This document shows, piece after piece, positions 49,275 to 61,649 of a stretch of 64,000 bases of DNA; position 1 is the first letter of the stretch; every line of letters starts with the position of its first letter. Source of the stretch: Octopus sinensis (Eukaryota); the NCBI RefSeq assembly GCF_006345805.1, contig NC_043006.1, forward strand, positions 2,170,001 to 2,234,000, in the 5' to 3' direction. The position numbers and the translations under genes are program-made. The notes beneath the pieces are model-generated. The model was given only the letters and a program-made list of their open reading frames with translations. It was not told the origin of the DNA and made no database searches.

Positions 49275-49501
49275 TTAACCCTTTAGTGTTCAGAGTATTC
49301 TATCAAACATAATGCTTATTGATTCCCATTGATTTGAATTAATCATGCATTATCTCATATCTTCAAGATCTTGATGGTGTAATTACTTAATGTAGAATAA
49401 CATTGTAGGGTAGGTGTGAGAGCCTGGATCTGGTCAGTTTGAACATAAAACAAATTAACTATTTTGGCCGGATATGGCCGGTTTAAATACTAAAGGGTTA
49501 A
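49275..49501 (+). mobile_element. piggyBac-type MITE, family 2
   Basis: TTAA-CCCTTTAGT ... ACTAAAGGG-TTAA. Confidence 0.9.
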
Positions 49502-49514
49502 CAATCCTTTCTAC

Positions 49515-49720
49515 TATAGGCATAAGCCCTGAAATTTTGGGGAAGGGAAATAGTCAATTACATCAGCCTAACTGTTTCACTGGTACTTAATTTATCAACC
49601 CCAAAAGGATGAAAGGTGAAGTTGACCTCAATGGAATTTGAACTCAAAATGTAGCAACAGTCAAAATACCACTAAGCATTTTGCCCTGCATCCTAACAAC
49701 TCTGCCAGCTTTGCTGCCTG
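49515..49720 (-). mobile_element. SINE family C (tail type 2)
   Basis: Reverse complement of 44862-45065. Confidence 0.82.
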
Positions 49721-49771
49721 GGTTTAATAACGACAAAGTTATTTTAATAAATTCTTTGTTATTTAATCTGT

Positions 49772-50135
49772 TACTTGTTTTAGTCATTTGACTGTGGCCA
49801 TGCTAGAGCACCACTTTGAAGTGTTTCAGTGGAACAGATCGACCCCAGGACTTATTTTATTTAAAGTCTGGTACTTATTCTGTTGGTCTCTTTTGCCAAA
49901 CCGCTAAGTTATGGGGACATAAATACACCAACACCGGTTGTCAAGTGGTGATGAGGGCGCAAACAGAGACACAGAGACAGATATATACATATATATATGA
50001 CGGGCTTCTTTCAGTTTCCATCTACCAAATCCACTCACAAGGCTTTGGTTGGCCTGAGGCTATAGTAGAAGGCACTTGCCCAAGGTGCCACACAGTGGGA
50101 CTGAACCCAGAGCCATGTAGTTGGGAAACAAGCTT
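49772..50135 (-). mobile_element. SINE family A
   Basis: Aligns with 20568-20960. Confidence 0.88.
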
Positions 50136-52021
50136 CATACATGGCCACACCCACACCCATTACATAAAGATGGATGAAATATTGATAAGCATTTTCATCC
50201 AATGTGCTAATGATTCTGATAGCTAATGATTCTGCTAATGATTCTGATAGCTCACAGCTTTTCCAAAATTAATCAAAATTGTATTTTAAATAAACTCATT
50301 AAACGATGATGATGATAACAAAATTGTTTCCACAAAAGAATGTTTTGTCATGATATTCTCTGCAAGCATAACATCTCAACTGAGTCTGTGAAAGGCTGAT
50401 GGTTGTACAAATGCTAGATATATCTCGTATCAATTTCACATATTCCCATAATTTGGGAACAAAGCTTGCGTTGATTCCACCAGGATGTTGCCTCTGAACG
50501 GTTTAATGACTTAACTATCCCCATTTTATCCAAGCTAGCAATACTGTCTTGGATAAAACTGTCAGCACTTCCACAATCACTAACCAAATTTTACATTGAT
50601 TGATGGTTAATTACAATATTAACGAGCGCACAAAACAAAGGATGTTGTAATAAAGCAGAGGAACTTAACGAAGCTGGTGAAATTAATGCATCAGAGGACA
50701 AAGACTGAAATATGCAAGGGAGAAAGGGTGTTTTCGTCCCTAAGGCATTACATACCAGCATTTATAGAACAACAATTACCCAATAATATATTAATAATAA
50801 CAGTAACAATATAGGAATTAATTATGCACTAAAAAGCCTGCATTTCCTGCTATATCTCTAGCTGAATAGTAAATCTTTTTTTACAATGCATGAGAGCTGT
50901 CACTCTGGTAACAATTGTAAACCATTATTGCCAGCTTGTTGTGTAAAAAAAAAGGGTTCCGTTGTACCATACGGCAAATATGGTAGAGAGTTAGCTCTGT
51001 TCAGTGCAAAATTAATTAATTTATTTGAGTTAATCACCAATGAAGTAGTATTTATGCAAATTAAATTAACTGATAGAGTAAATGAGCTACATTTAGTGTT
51101 TATATATAGCTATTTCGTATATTAGATATATCAGCAAATCAAAAGGTATTTTTTCTCTGATGAAAATCAATTTGAAACTAAATCACAATTTTGAGGTCAG
51201 CCAGATATTTTCGCTTTTCTCTGTCCACAGAGGAAAAGAAAAGGCATTTATTTAGAATTGCCACAATACAGTAATGACCCGAGAGTGTTGTGATACAAGG
51301 TTTGAAATATATACATACAGTTAACTGTGTGTATATATACTTGTATCACAACACATAGAAATATCTAATAATACAACATCCTTCTGGATACAAAATTGAG
51401 GGGGCTTGTGGAGACAGTAGTATTCTCCTGTTTCTGTATTCCACAGGCATTTATTGACCCAATAAACATAATATACTCATGTGAACGGATCATGGGAAGT
51501 TGAAGGAATGGAGAAATCTTTGACTCTTACTACCAACCTGTCCAAGACAGCCCCTCATTATAGGATACAGATTTAATGAGAAATATATATTAGCAACAGG
51601 GGAAGTATTAATACAAAGTGGTAATATTTATCCCCTCTTAAATGTTCTGTCAGAACAATCTAGACTGTGGAAAATATATCATAAGAGAAAGCATGGGAGA
51701 ATCTCTCATATTATCATCTGAGAGTTTCTTTCATAGTATCTGCAGCAGTATAGTTTGTTCTAACAGAACATCCACATTTAAGTGGGACAGGCTGTGTGGT
51801 AAGTAGCTTGCTTACCAATCACATGGTTCTGGGTTCAGTCCCACTGTATGGCACCTTGGACAAGTGTCTTTTGCTATAGCCTTGGGTCAACCAAAGCCTT
51901 GTGAGTGGATTTGGCAGACAGAAACTGAAAGAAGCCCATTGTATAACACCATGTTGGATCGTTATTCCCTACACGCAATTTTTTTCTCTCCTTGTTTCTC
52001 TCCGTGTTTCTTTTCTGTGTA

Positions 52022-52059
52022 TCTTTCTGTTGAAGAGCGTAGGCTCAAAACGTAAAAGA
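52022..52059 (+). ncRNA. Minimal type-I hammerhead-ribozyme-like fold (variant core) in a short element ending in (TA)n (about 51940-52160)
   Basis: TCTTT-CTGTTGA-A-GAGC-GTAG-GCTC-AAAA-CG-TA-AAAGA: 5-bp stem I, perfect stem II, palindromic ACGT stem III; first G of GAAA mutated to A. Confidence 0.6.
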
Positions 52060-52154
52060 CTTGTTTTATTTCTATTCCTGAGCGCCATACTAATACATTA
52101 TTTGTTTGTACTCCACCTGCCTTCGTCTTTTGTTTATTTTCGTAAACCTTCCCG

Positions 52155-52191
<37 letters not shown>

Positions 52192-52194
52192 TCA

Positions 52195-52905
52195 TTTCCC
52201 TTTTCATTTTATCTAGTTTCAGCTCACAAGCTGTGGCCATGCTGGGGCACCGCCATTCGGTGTTGCTACATGATTTTACTTCACGAATGCTTTTTAGCAA
52301 TTGACATTTGGTGCATGAGAGAGTTTGATGCTGCTGCCCTCATCTGCACCGCCTGTCGTGAAGTTGACTCATCTGGGACACCTGACAGGAAGAGGTCCAG
52401 CTTTATTTTAAAGACATCTGCATCCACCCCATGCAGGTCTCTCAGGTCCTTCGGGAGGATATTGAAGAGCTGTGGACCTCTGAAGCCCAGGCTATAACTG
52501 TATCTTGTCCTACATCTTGATGGTAAATTTGGAGTCCTTGGCACTATGCAGTGGCGCCCAGTTCTAGTATTTGTGTAACTCTCGATGCCAAAGTTTGGGA
52601 CAAGTCCTTCTAGGATCTTCCAGATGTATATTATGGCATATCTTTCTTACCTACACTCTCAGGAATAGAGTCTTAATCTCTTGAGTCTTTCCCAATAGCT
52701 TATATGCTGCACAGAGACTATCTTCTTTGTGTAGCTTTGTTGAATTGCCTCAAGTTCTGTGATTAATTTGACACTGGTTGGTGACCATAGCTGAGAGCAA
52801 TAGTCAAAGTGGCTTAGGACAAGTGTCCTCCAGAGGACCATCATGGTTTCCTGGTCTCTTGTTCTAAAAGCTCTAAGAATCCATCCGGTCAGCCGCCTAC
52901 ATTTC
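52195..52905 (-). mobile_element. 5'-truncated CR1-type LINE with 3' UTR
   Basis: GWILRAFRTRD..LWRTLVLSHFDYCSQLWSP..LEAIQ..YWERLKRLRLYS and RGPQLFNILPKDLR..FKIKLDLFLSGVPDE..NSL are CR1 ORF2 C-terminal motifs. Confidence 0.92.
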
Positions 52906-52937
52906 ATATATATACATATAATAATAATAATAATAAA

Positions 52938-53603
52938 TATAAAGAATATAAAGCAAGACATGACAGAGTCGGCCAGTATTTACACTGGACAATATGTTGG
53001 CATTATGAAATCAAAACCGCTGACAAATGGTATAAACACCATCCTGAAGCTGTGACTGAGGGAGAAAATGTGTCGATTCTGTGGGACTTTACCGTACAGA
53101 CCGACAAAACAATAAAAACTAATAAACCAGATATTATCATAAAAGATTAGACAAAAAGGATGTGTTTGTTAATTGACATGAGTGTCCCTTGCGATCACAA
53201 TATAGCGGCGAAAGAATTTGACAAGATTAGTAAATATAAAAACCTGCTAATAGAAATTGAAAAAATGTGACATCTCAAGGCGACTACAGTACCAGTGATT
53301 GTGGGTTCTCTAGGAATGATAAAAAAAGGTACTGAAACCTATTTGAAAATGATACCAGGCTTACCATCCCTACAGGAAGTGCAAAAGATCGTGTCGACTG
53401 GAACGGCTCATGTACTGAGAAGAGTATTATCGATGTGAAAACAACATCCATTCATGAATTTATTTATTTATTAATTTTTTAAATACATATTTTACCTGTG
53501 AATTTGCGTGTGTAATCTGGGAATGCATAGAATGAGCTTCTCTGCCTAAGTGTACGGAAAACACTTGGCAAGAAACGGAAGAAAATTTGAAGAAAGAAGG
53601 AAA

Positions 53604-53637
<34 letters not shown>
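52938..53637 (+). mobile_element. 5'-truncated R4/Dong-like LINE (restriction-like endonuclease C-terminus) between (TAA)n runs
   Basis: KARHDRVGQYLHW..ILWDFTVQTDKTIKTNKPDIII..LIDMSVP.D.N..KE..K..KY..L..VPVIVGSLG..GTAHVLRRVLSM* (stop at 53438); two internal stops, no frameshift seen. Confidence 0.92.
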
Positions 53638-53944
53638 GTGCCCTTTAAAAGCCTAGCCAGGCTCATGGGCCTGGTTTCCCGATTTCAATGGCGTATGTGT
53701 TCCCCAGCTGGGCAGGACACCAGTTTATGTCCCTGTAACTTAGCAGTTCAGCAAAAGAGACTGATAGAAATAAGTACTAGGCTTACAAAGAATAAGTTCT
53801 GGGGTTGATTTGTTTGACTAAAGGCAGTGCTCCAAATGACTGAAACAAATAAAAGAGTATAAAAGTAAATCTAAATTAAAAATTTTCATCAAAATTTCAT
53901 GTTAATATATGTTCCAAACAGCAGTCGAATAATGGGTTCAAATT

Positions 53945-54145
53945 TTGGCACAAGGCCAGCAATTATGGGAAGAGGGTACATCAATTAAATCAACCTCAGT
54001 GCTCAACTGGTAGTAATTTTATTGACCCCAGAAGGATGAAAGACAAAGTTTATCTTGGTAGAGTTTGAACTCAGAACATGAAGACTGATGAAAGGCTACT
54101 AAGCATTTTGCCTGACATGCTAACAATTATGCCAATTTGCTGCCT
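53945..54145 (-). mobile_element. SINE family C (tail type 2)
   Basis: Same motifs as 49515-49720. Confidence 0.82.
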
Positions 54146-54719
54146 TAAACAGCAGTTTGATAATGCCAGAGTTATTTTACTAAATTTTTCATCATTTTCT
54201 AAGTTAGTTGAAGCAAAAACAGAAGAAATATAGTAACAAAAAAGTCAATGAGAAAATCAAGCAAAAGATTGAAATGCCAAGTTTCAAAACAGGACTTGTT
54301 TAAAAAAACAAAACACAAAAAAAAAAACCCAGGAAAAAAATCAAACAATGTTTAAGAGTATCTTCTTCAGATGAAAATCAATCCTCAACCCTCAGAATAT
54401 CTTTTATGATGGCATCAGCGAGGGCTCAAAAAAACAAAGGGAAACCCTGATTATAAAGAGAGGATTATCTGAAGTGCTGTTTGAAAATCTGTAACATCAG
54501 CTCAACTTCTTGTGAGGTCTTTGCAAATGACAGAACAGGGTAACAGGATGAAGGAAATGAGAAGAGAAAAATTCTATTAAAAACATTTAAAAATTAGTGA
54601 GGAGGAGGAGAGTAAAAATGCAAAAGAAAACAGAACTTGATAATAAATCTAAACTCGACACTCCAGAATGTTTCCTGCAGGGGTGGCCGTAGCTGCAGAT
54701 GTTCACATGGAATTGGTTT

Positions 54720-55075
54720 CATTCATCATCATAATTGTTGTTGTTGATGTTGTTATGACTACGACAATGACGACCACCACCACCACCATCATTGTCATCA
54801 TCATCGTTGTCATCATTATCGACATTGGCATTGTTACTGCCAGCATCATCATCATCATCATCGTTGTTGTTGTCATCGTCATCACCAGCATCATCACCAA
54901 CAACACCAATAATAACCTTGATATCACCACCACCACCACCACCACTGTCATCACCACCGTAACTACTGTCATCCTCATCGTCATCATCATCATCGTTGTC
55001 CTCCTCCTCCTCATCATCATCATCAATACCACTACCGCTACCACTTCTATTATCATTGTCATTACCATCACCTAC
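54720..55075. repeat. Imperfect (CAT/CAC/GTT)n trinucleotide tract
   Basis: Direct reading. Confidence 0.92.
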
Positions 55076-55327
55076 AATGCTGACAATAAACTTATGGCCA
55101 CCACCCAGGCTTATTCAGAAGGGATTGCATAGACCATTCCCATCCTGCCACCCTGTCCACTTTAACCCTAACCCTTTTGTACTGCCAGCCATCACTCTCT
55201 CTCCCTTCTGAGCTACTTCTCTAGACATCCATCACCTACTTTTGCCTTTATCTCATCGCACACCCTTATTTTTGTCCCTGTCTGATACTGCCAGTTACTC
55301 GCCTCCCAACTTTCTCAAATACCCTAA

Positions 55328-55720
55328 GAAGTTTACTTCCCAATCACATGGTTCCGGGTTCAGTCCCACTGCACGACACCTTGGGCAAGTGTCTTCTACC
55401 ATAGCCTCAGTCTGACCAAAGTGTATTTGTAAGTGTAATTGGTAGATGGAAATTGAAAGAAGCTTGTGGTACATTTATATATCTCTTTGTGTGTGTCTTT
55501 GTGTCTGTGTTTGTACCCCACCACCACTTGATAACCGGTGTTGGTGTGTTTACATCCCTATATCTTAACCATTCAGCAAAAGAGACTGATAGAATAAGTA
55601 CCAAGCTTTTTTTTAAAAAAAAAGTACAGGGTTCGATTTGTTTGACCAAAATGCTTCAAGGCAGTGCCCCAGCATGGCCACTGTCTAATGAGAGAAACAA
55701 ATCAAAAATAAAAAGGTACT
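55328..55720 (+). mobile_element. SINE family A
   Basis: cacatggttccgggttcagtcccactgc..ccttgggcaagtgtcttc..ccagcatggcc. Confidence 0.88.
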
Positions 55721-56039
55721 CTTGCTCCTTTCTCTTATCTACTCTGGCCCTTCTGATCCCATCGTTTCTCTCTCTCTCTCTCTCTCTCTCTCCCATTCCT
55801 CCACTTGGTTACTTGGATAACTGTACACTCACTAGTCTATTGAGTACTCTCTACATTTACACTCTTGCCCCTCACCCCTTCAGCCACTACTTTCTGACAT
55901 CCATGGAAAGCACTTGACCAGGACCAAAACTAAACTGAACGAATGGCAGATGGTTATGCAGGCTGAATGAGATTCCAAAAGTTATGCACTCTAAGCTAGC
56001 CACAACTGGGATGGTTCTGAGAGAACAAGAGAGATGTCA

Positions 56040-56823
56040 GACTTCCTCATTTTGTTTTTTTAACCAAGTTTAAGACTCAATGCAGCTGTCCACCCAGGGG
56101 TGCTGGAGAAAGTTGTGAAGCCCTGGATAGACAGAGTATGCAATGGAAGACTCCATCTTCCAACAAGACTCTGTGCCATCTCATAAGACGAGGACAACCC
56201 AAGAGTGAATATGTGCCAATCTCCAAGATCATGTTCTCCCAGATACATGGTCTCCCAGCTCACCATAGCTCAATCCACTGGACAATTACATTTGGGGGCA
56301 GAGTCAGGAAAGAGATTAATCAACACTTCCATAATATCTATTTCTTTACTACCCACAAGGGGCTACACACAGAGGGGACAAACAAGGAAAGACAAAGGGA
56401 TTAAGTCTATTACATCGACCCCAGTGCGTAACTGGTACTTAATTTATCGACCCCGAAAGGATGAAAGGCAAAGTCGACTTAGCCAGAATTTGAACTCAGA
56501 ACGTAACGGCAGACGAAATACCACTAAGCATTTCACCCGGTGTGCTAACATTTCTGCCAGTTCGCCGCCTTCATACTTCCATAACACCATAATCAAGATT
56601 ATGCCTGAAATTGATAGGGCTCATCTGATTCAGGCATAAAAACACTTCCAATACCCTACTGAAGCAGCCATTGATACTAATGGTGGATTCATTGAATAAG
56701 TGTGAAAAGAGGATTCTCAGGGTTATTTGTACCAATTTCTTTTCAAATATAGAATTTCTTTGGTGAACTATGCATCTTTTTTAAATTCATACAAATGACC
56801 TCAAAAAATTGATACACCTTGTA
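56040..56823 (+). mobile_element. Tc1/mariner-superfamily transposon 3' relic (DD37D/maT-like) split by a SINE
   Basis: Frameshifted translation LEKVVKPWI..FQQDSVPSHK..TQE..WSPSSP*LNPLD.YIWG..INQH.HN..EAAIDTNGGFIE*; ends aattgatacaccttg-TA. Confidence 0.8.
56338..56572 (-). mobile_element. SINE family C (tail type 1) with ~10-bp TSD
   Basis: acttccataa on both sides; matches 9731-9965. Confidence 0.88.
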
Positions 56824-56844
56824 TGTGTATATAAGTATATATGT

Positions 56845-57730
56845 ATGTCATTATTTAGGTTTATTTCAAGGTTTCTTGCCAATAGAGAAGGGGGCCAGTT
56901 TCTAGCCTAGAACCAAGGCTCCTTAATTGGAATTTCAACATCAACAGGGCATGTATGTATGTATGTATGGATGGATGTGTGTGTATGTGTGTATGTATGT
57001 AAGTATGTATGTATGTATGTATGTATGTATGAATGGATGGATGTGTGTGTATGTATGTGTGCAGATATGTATGTTTTGTTTTATGTATGTATTCTCAAGC
57101 ATTTAGTTGCATGTCTAGACATGCTCATATATACTTAAATGATAAACTTTTGGGAAGTTTTGCAGATTTTTACAGTTCCAGTGATCGCTTTGATCTGTAG
57201 TCTTTGAATCAGCTTTCTCCTTTCTGGTTTTGAGAAGCCTAGTTTCTCAAGAATTGTACCTAGGCAATGTTACATACCCTAGTGCTCCAATAAATACAGG
57301 TATAGAACTCAATTTGTCATCTGGATAGAATAGCTGTAGATTCCTCAATAGTTCAGTGTAGGTATTTTCTCTCTCTCTGATCTTCAGCTTTTTGTTAACA
57401 TCCTCCGGGCAGCTGATTTCCACAACTGTACACAGTTTCCTTTCTTTGTTCCAAATTACTATGTCATGTCTATTATGTTTATGCCTTATTGAGGTTTTCA
57501 CAGAGACATTCGACCAGTTCTCCTTTTCGTTATGAGTGGCTCTGGCTTCTACCATACGGTAGGTTCATATTTCTTTGGCCTCAGGGTTATCCTTCTGATG
57601 GATCTCATTATACAGTGTCCTAGCTACATCATTCTCATCAGTAAATAATACCATGATGACATTTTCGGACAACTGCTAACGATGTGCATGATATCTTTGG
57701 TGTTAAATCCACAAAGTTTGCATCGGTCGT
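56845..57730 (-). mobile_element. 5'-truncated RLE-type LINE (R4/Dong/NeSL-like), second family
   Basis: CKLC..HIVSSC zinc knuckle, then KHNRHDIVIWNK..VEISCPEDVN..IPVFIGALG (ORF 57247..57555), then ..TGTVKICKT; (TATG)n in the 3' UTR. Confidence 0.88.
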
Positions 57731-58113
57731 CACATTTTATTGCTTTTCCTCCATCTCTGTCCCTTTTGCACATCAGGTATTTGTATATATATGTGTATGT
57801 ATGTATGAGAGAGAGCAGTGCATGCCATCAGAGAGATCCTGGGGTAAAATATACAAAGCCCAGTATACCCCTCATGACTATCCGTCTGATAAGGGTACAC
57901 CAGGCACATGCATCACAACCATATGTGCGCAACATTGTGATCTTATATCAAGATAAACAGCACATAACTTAGTGGTTTGACAAAAAAAGACCAATAGAAG
58001 TACAAGGCTTAAAAAAATAAGTCCTGGGGTTGATCTGTTTAACAAAAGCCCTTCAACATGGTACTCCAGCATGGCCGCAGTCAAATGACTGAAACAAGTA
58101 AAGAGTAGTGTGT

Positions 58114-58170
<57 letters not shown>

Positions 58171-58195
58171 TGTATATGTGTGTGTGTGTGTGTAT

Positions 58196-58235
<40 letters not shown>

Positions 58236-58559
58236 TTTATATTAGTTGTAATTTGGTTGAGCTGTAGCAGAAGATGCGATAAACTGATAGACAAGGGTCT
58301 AGCAACAGCGGAGAAGATGGTGATGCTGGAAGTAATTTTATTAGTTGAGATGATGATGATGATGACGATGACGGTGATGACGATGAGAAGAATTGTGGGA
58401 GAATGGCAACCCTGTGATTAGGACAAGAACTTCAGACCCTTGTGTTTGCTGGATGGCATTCTGCAGCCGAGGCCAGCTGGGACTCTGCAAAAGTAATAGA
58501 AGCAATAACAACAACAACATAATTATTATTGTTGTTGTTGTTGTTGTCGTCGTCGCTGT

Positions 58560-58614
<55 letters not shown>

Positions 58615-58789
58615 GGTGGTGGTGGTAGCCATTGTCGTCAGGGTTTCCCATTCAAAATTAATGGCTTAAACCTGTTGACTGGTTTCTGTTACATGTTTTC
58701 ATTAACTGCACAGCAGCTCAAGACTGGAGCTGTTTTCCTATGGAATTAGACAGGGATCAGATAATGGTAAATAGTGGCACACAGCATAA

Positions 58790-58914
58790 ATACAGACACA
58801 CACTGATACACACACACACACACACACGCATACACACAGGCACACACACACACATATATGTATATATGTATAAATATGCATGTTTATATATATATATATA
58901 TGTGTGTTTATATG

Positions 58915-58963
<49 letters not shown>

Positions 58964-59008
58964 GTGTATATACACATATATATATACACACATATATATG
59001 TATATATA

Positions 59009-59041
<33 letters not shown>

Positions 59042-59094
59042 GTATATATGTGTATATACACATATATATATACACACATATATATGTATATATA

Positions 59095-59132
<38 letters not shown>

Positions 59133-59620
59133 CATGAACACACAAATATATACACACTTACAAAATATGGCAGATACACACAGACACACACTCATGCACG
59201 CTCGTACAAGTGCATATATTGACACATAAATATATACAACCTAACACAACAAAGCACAGACATACACAGACACATACACACACGCATACACACAGGCTCA
59301 CATACATGGCTATACATACAAAGACACACAACTATACACTCACAAAACAAGATATGCATGCACATACACACACTCATACACACAAATACACGCACATACA
59401 AACATAAAGACTCACACAACAGCATGTACACACATACACACACTCATTCAGAGACATACACACAAACACACAATGCATGCAAACACAGTCACACAATAAC
59501 ACACACATACACATACATGGAGCAACAAACACAAAATCATACAGAGCATCCACACACACACACACACACACACACTCAAACGTATATACACAAATAAAGT
59601 TTGGTGACCCCCACTGTGCG
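58790..59620. repeat. (TA)n/(TG)n/(CA)n compound microsatellite
   Basis: Direct reading. Confidence 0.95.
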
Positions 59621-59814
59621 TTAATACACAATAATCTAACTTCGTTTATTCATGCTTTAATTATTAGATTTACATGAAATTTACGCGTTTACAAACTGTA
59701 TAAATAGTCACACACACACATACACACACACACACACACATGCACGCATACTCACACGCATGCACACACACACATATACACACATCTACATACATGCAAG
59801 TCATCATCATCACC

Positions 59815-61648
59815 ATCATCATCATATAACGTCCGTTTTCCATGCTGGCATGGGTTGGACGGTTTAACTGGAGACTGGCAAGCCAGGAGGCCACACCAGG
59901 CTTCAATCTTGATCTGGCCTGGTTTCTACAGCTGGATGCCCTTCCTAATGCCAACCACTCTAAGAGTGTAATGGGTGCTTTTTACGTGCCACCGGCACGG
60001 TAGCCCATCAGGTGGTACTGGCATTGGCTATGTTCGGATGGTGCTTTTTACATTCCACTGGCACAGGGAGCCAGACGGGTGACTCTGGCAGCAACCCACG
60101 CATGAATAAATGGTGCTTATCGCATGCCACCAGCACTGGTAATGGCCACAACTACAATTTCCATTTGATTGGGATTTGATTTGATTTTGATTTAATTGAC
60201 TAAATAAGTCTCCTCAAGCATGGATTCAAAGGTACTTTTTAAATGGGCTGGTTGTGCAACACTGGTGTAGGCTATGGCTGTGATCTCACTTTCCTTGCTG
60301 GGTCTTCTCAGTCACAGCATATCTCCAGAGGTCTTGGTCTTTATCGTTGCCTCTGTGGGGCCCGATGTTTGGAAGTCATGCTTCACCACTCATCCCATGT
60401 CTTCCTGGGTCTACCTCTTCCACGGGTTCCTTCCACTGTAAGGGACTGACACTTCACACAGCTCTCCTCATCCATATGTAGCACATGACCATACCAGCAC
60501 AGTCGTCTCTCTTGCACACCACATCCGGTGCTTCTTATGTCCAACATTTCTCTCAGAGTGCTTACACTCTGTCGTGTGTGCACACTGACATTACACATCC
60601 AGTGGATCATACTAGCTTCATTTCTTTTGAGCCTGTGCATGTCTTCAGCGGTCACGGCCCATGTTTCACTGCCATGAAGCATGGCAGTTCACACACATGC
60701 ATCGTACAGTCTACCTTTCACTCTGAGCAAGAGACCCTTTGTCACCAGTAGGGGTAGGAGCCTTTTGAACTTTGCCCAGGCTATTCTTTTTCTAGTGGAA
60801 ACAGTCTCTGAGCATCTGACTTGGTCACCTAGGTAGCAGAAGCTATCAGCTACTTCTAGTTTCTTCCCCTGGAGTGTGATGGAATCAGTTTTCTGAGCAT
60901 CTGTGGTGTTTATTGCCTCTCTGCATCTGCCACACAAAATCTATCTTCCTGGTTAACCATCCTTTGATGTTGCTGCACCCCTTATGCATCCTTAGTTTAC
61001 ACTGGGTACATCTTATGGAGTTTCTACCTACACCTTTTCTACAGATCGAGCAGGGCCACCTACCTGAGTGGGTGTGTGATGTGTTTGCCTTCCTACTTAC
61101 TTGGACTTTGGTTTGCAACATTGACTCTAAGACCCTTTGATTCTAAACCTTGCTTCCACACCTGAAATTTCATCTCTAGTTCTGGTAGTGATTCTGCTAT
61201 GAGAGCAAGGTCATCAGCGTAGAGGAACTCCCAGGGGCAGCCTGTCTTGAATTCCTCTGTTATTGCCTGGAGGACTACGATGAATAAGATGGGGCTAAGG
61301 GCTGATCCTTGGTGAACCCCTACTTCTACCCAGAATTCTTCAATATACTCATTGCTGACCCTTACCTTACTAACGTTATCCTGGTACAGCTCTTTTTAAC
61401 CAGTCGTCAATCCTCAGTTTCTGCATCACCCACTAGATAAGGGATTGGGGGACCCTGTCAAAGGCTTTCTCCAAGTCAACAAAAGCCAAGTATAGAGGTT
61501 TATTTTTGGCTAGATATTTCCCCTGCAGTTGCCTTACCAGGAATATACAATCAGTAGTGCTTCTACCTGGCACAAAACCGAACTACATCTCATCTAAGCA
61601 GACTCTCTCCCTAATTAGTTGGGCTATGACCCTCTCTGTGACTTTCAT
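59815..61648 (-). mobile_element. Largest RTE-clade LINE copy: RT motifs, PHD finger, C-terminus, long 3' UTR, (GAT)n tail; frameshifted
   Basis: FGFVPGRSTTD, LAFVDLEKAFDRVP, GVHQGSALSP, LYADD, WPCSIC..CTQC..H..C..CGRC, FCYLG, LHGSETW, RLCWYGHV, RGRGRPRKTW in RTE order and contiguous with the dispersed 3'-end family. Confidence 0.93.
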
Positions 61649-61649
61649 C

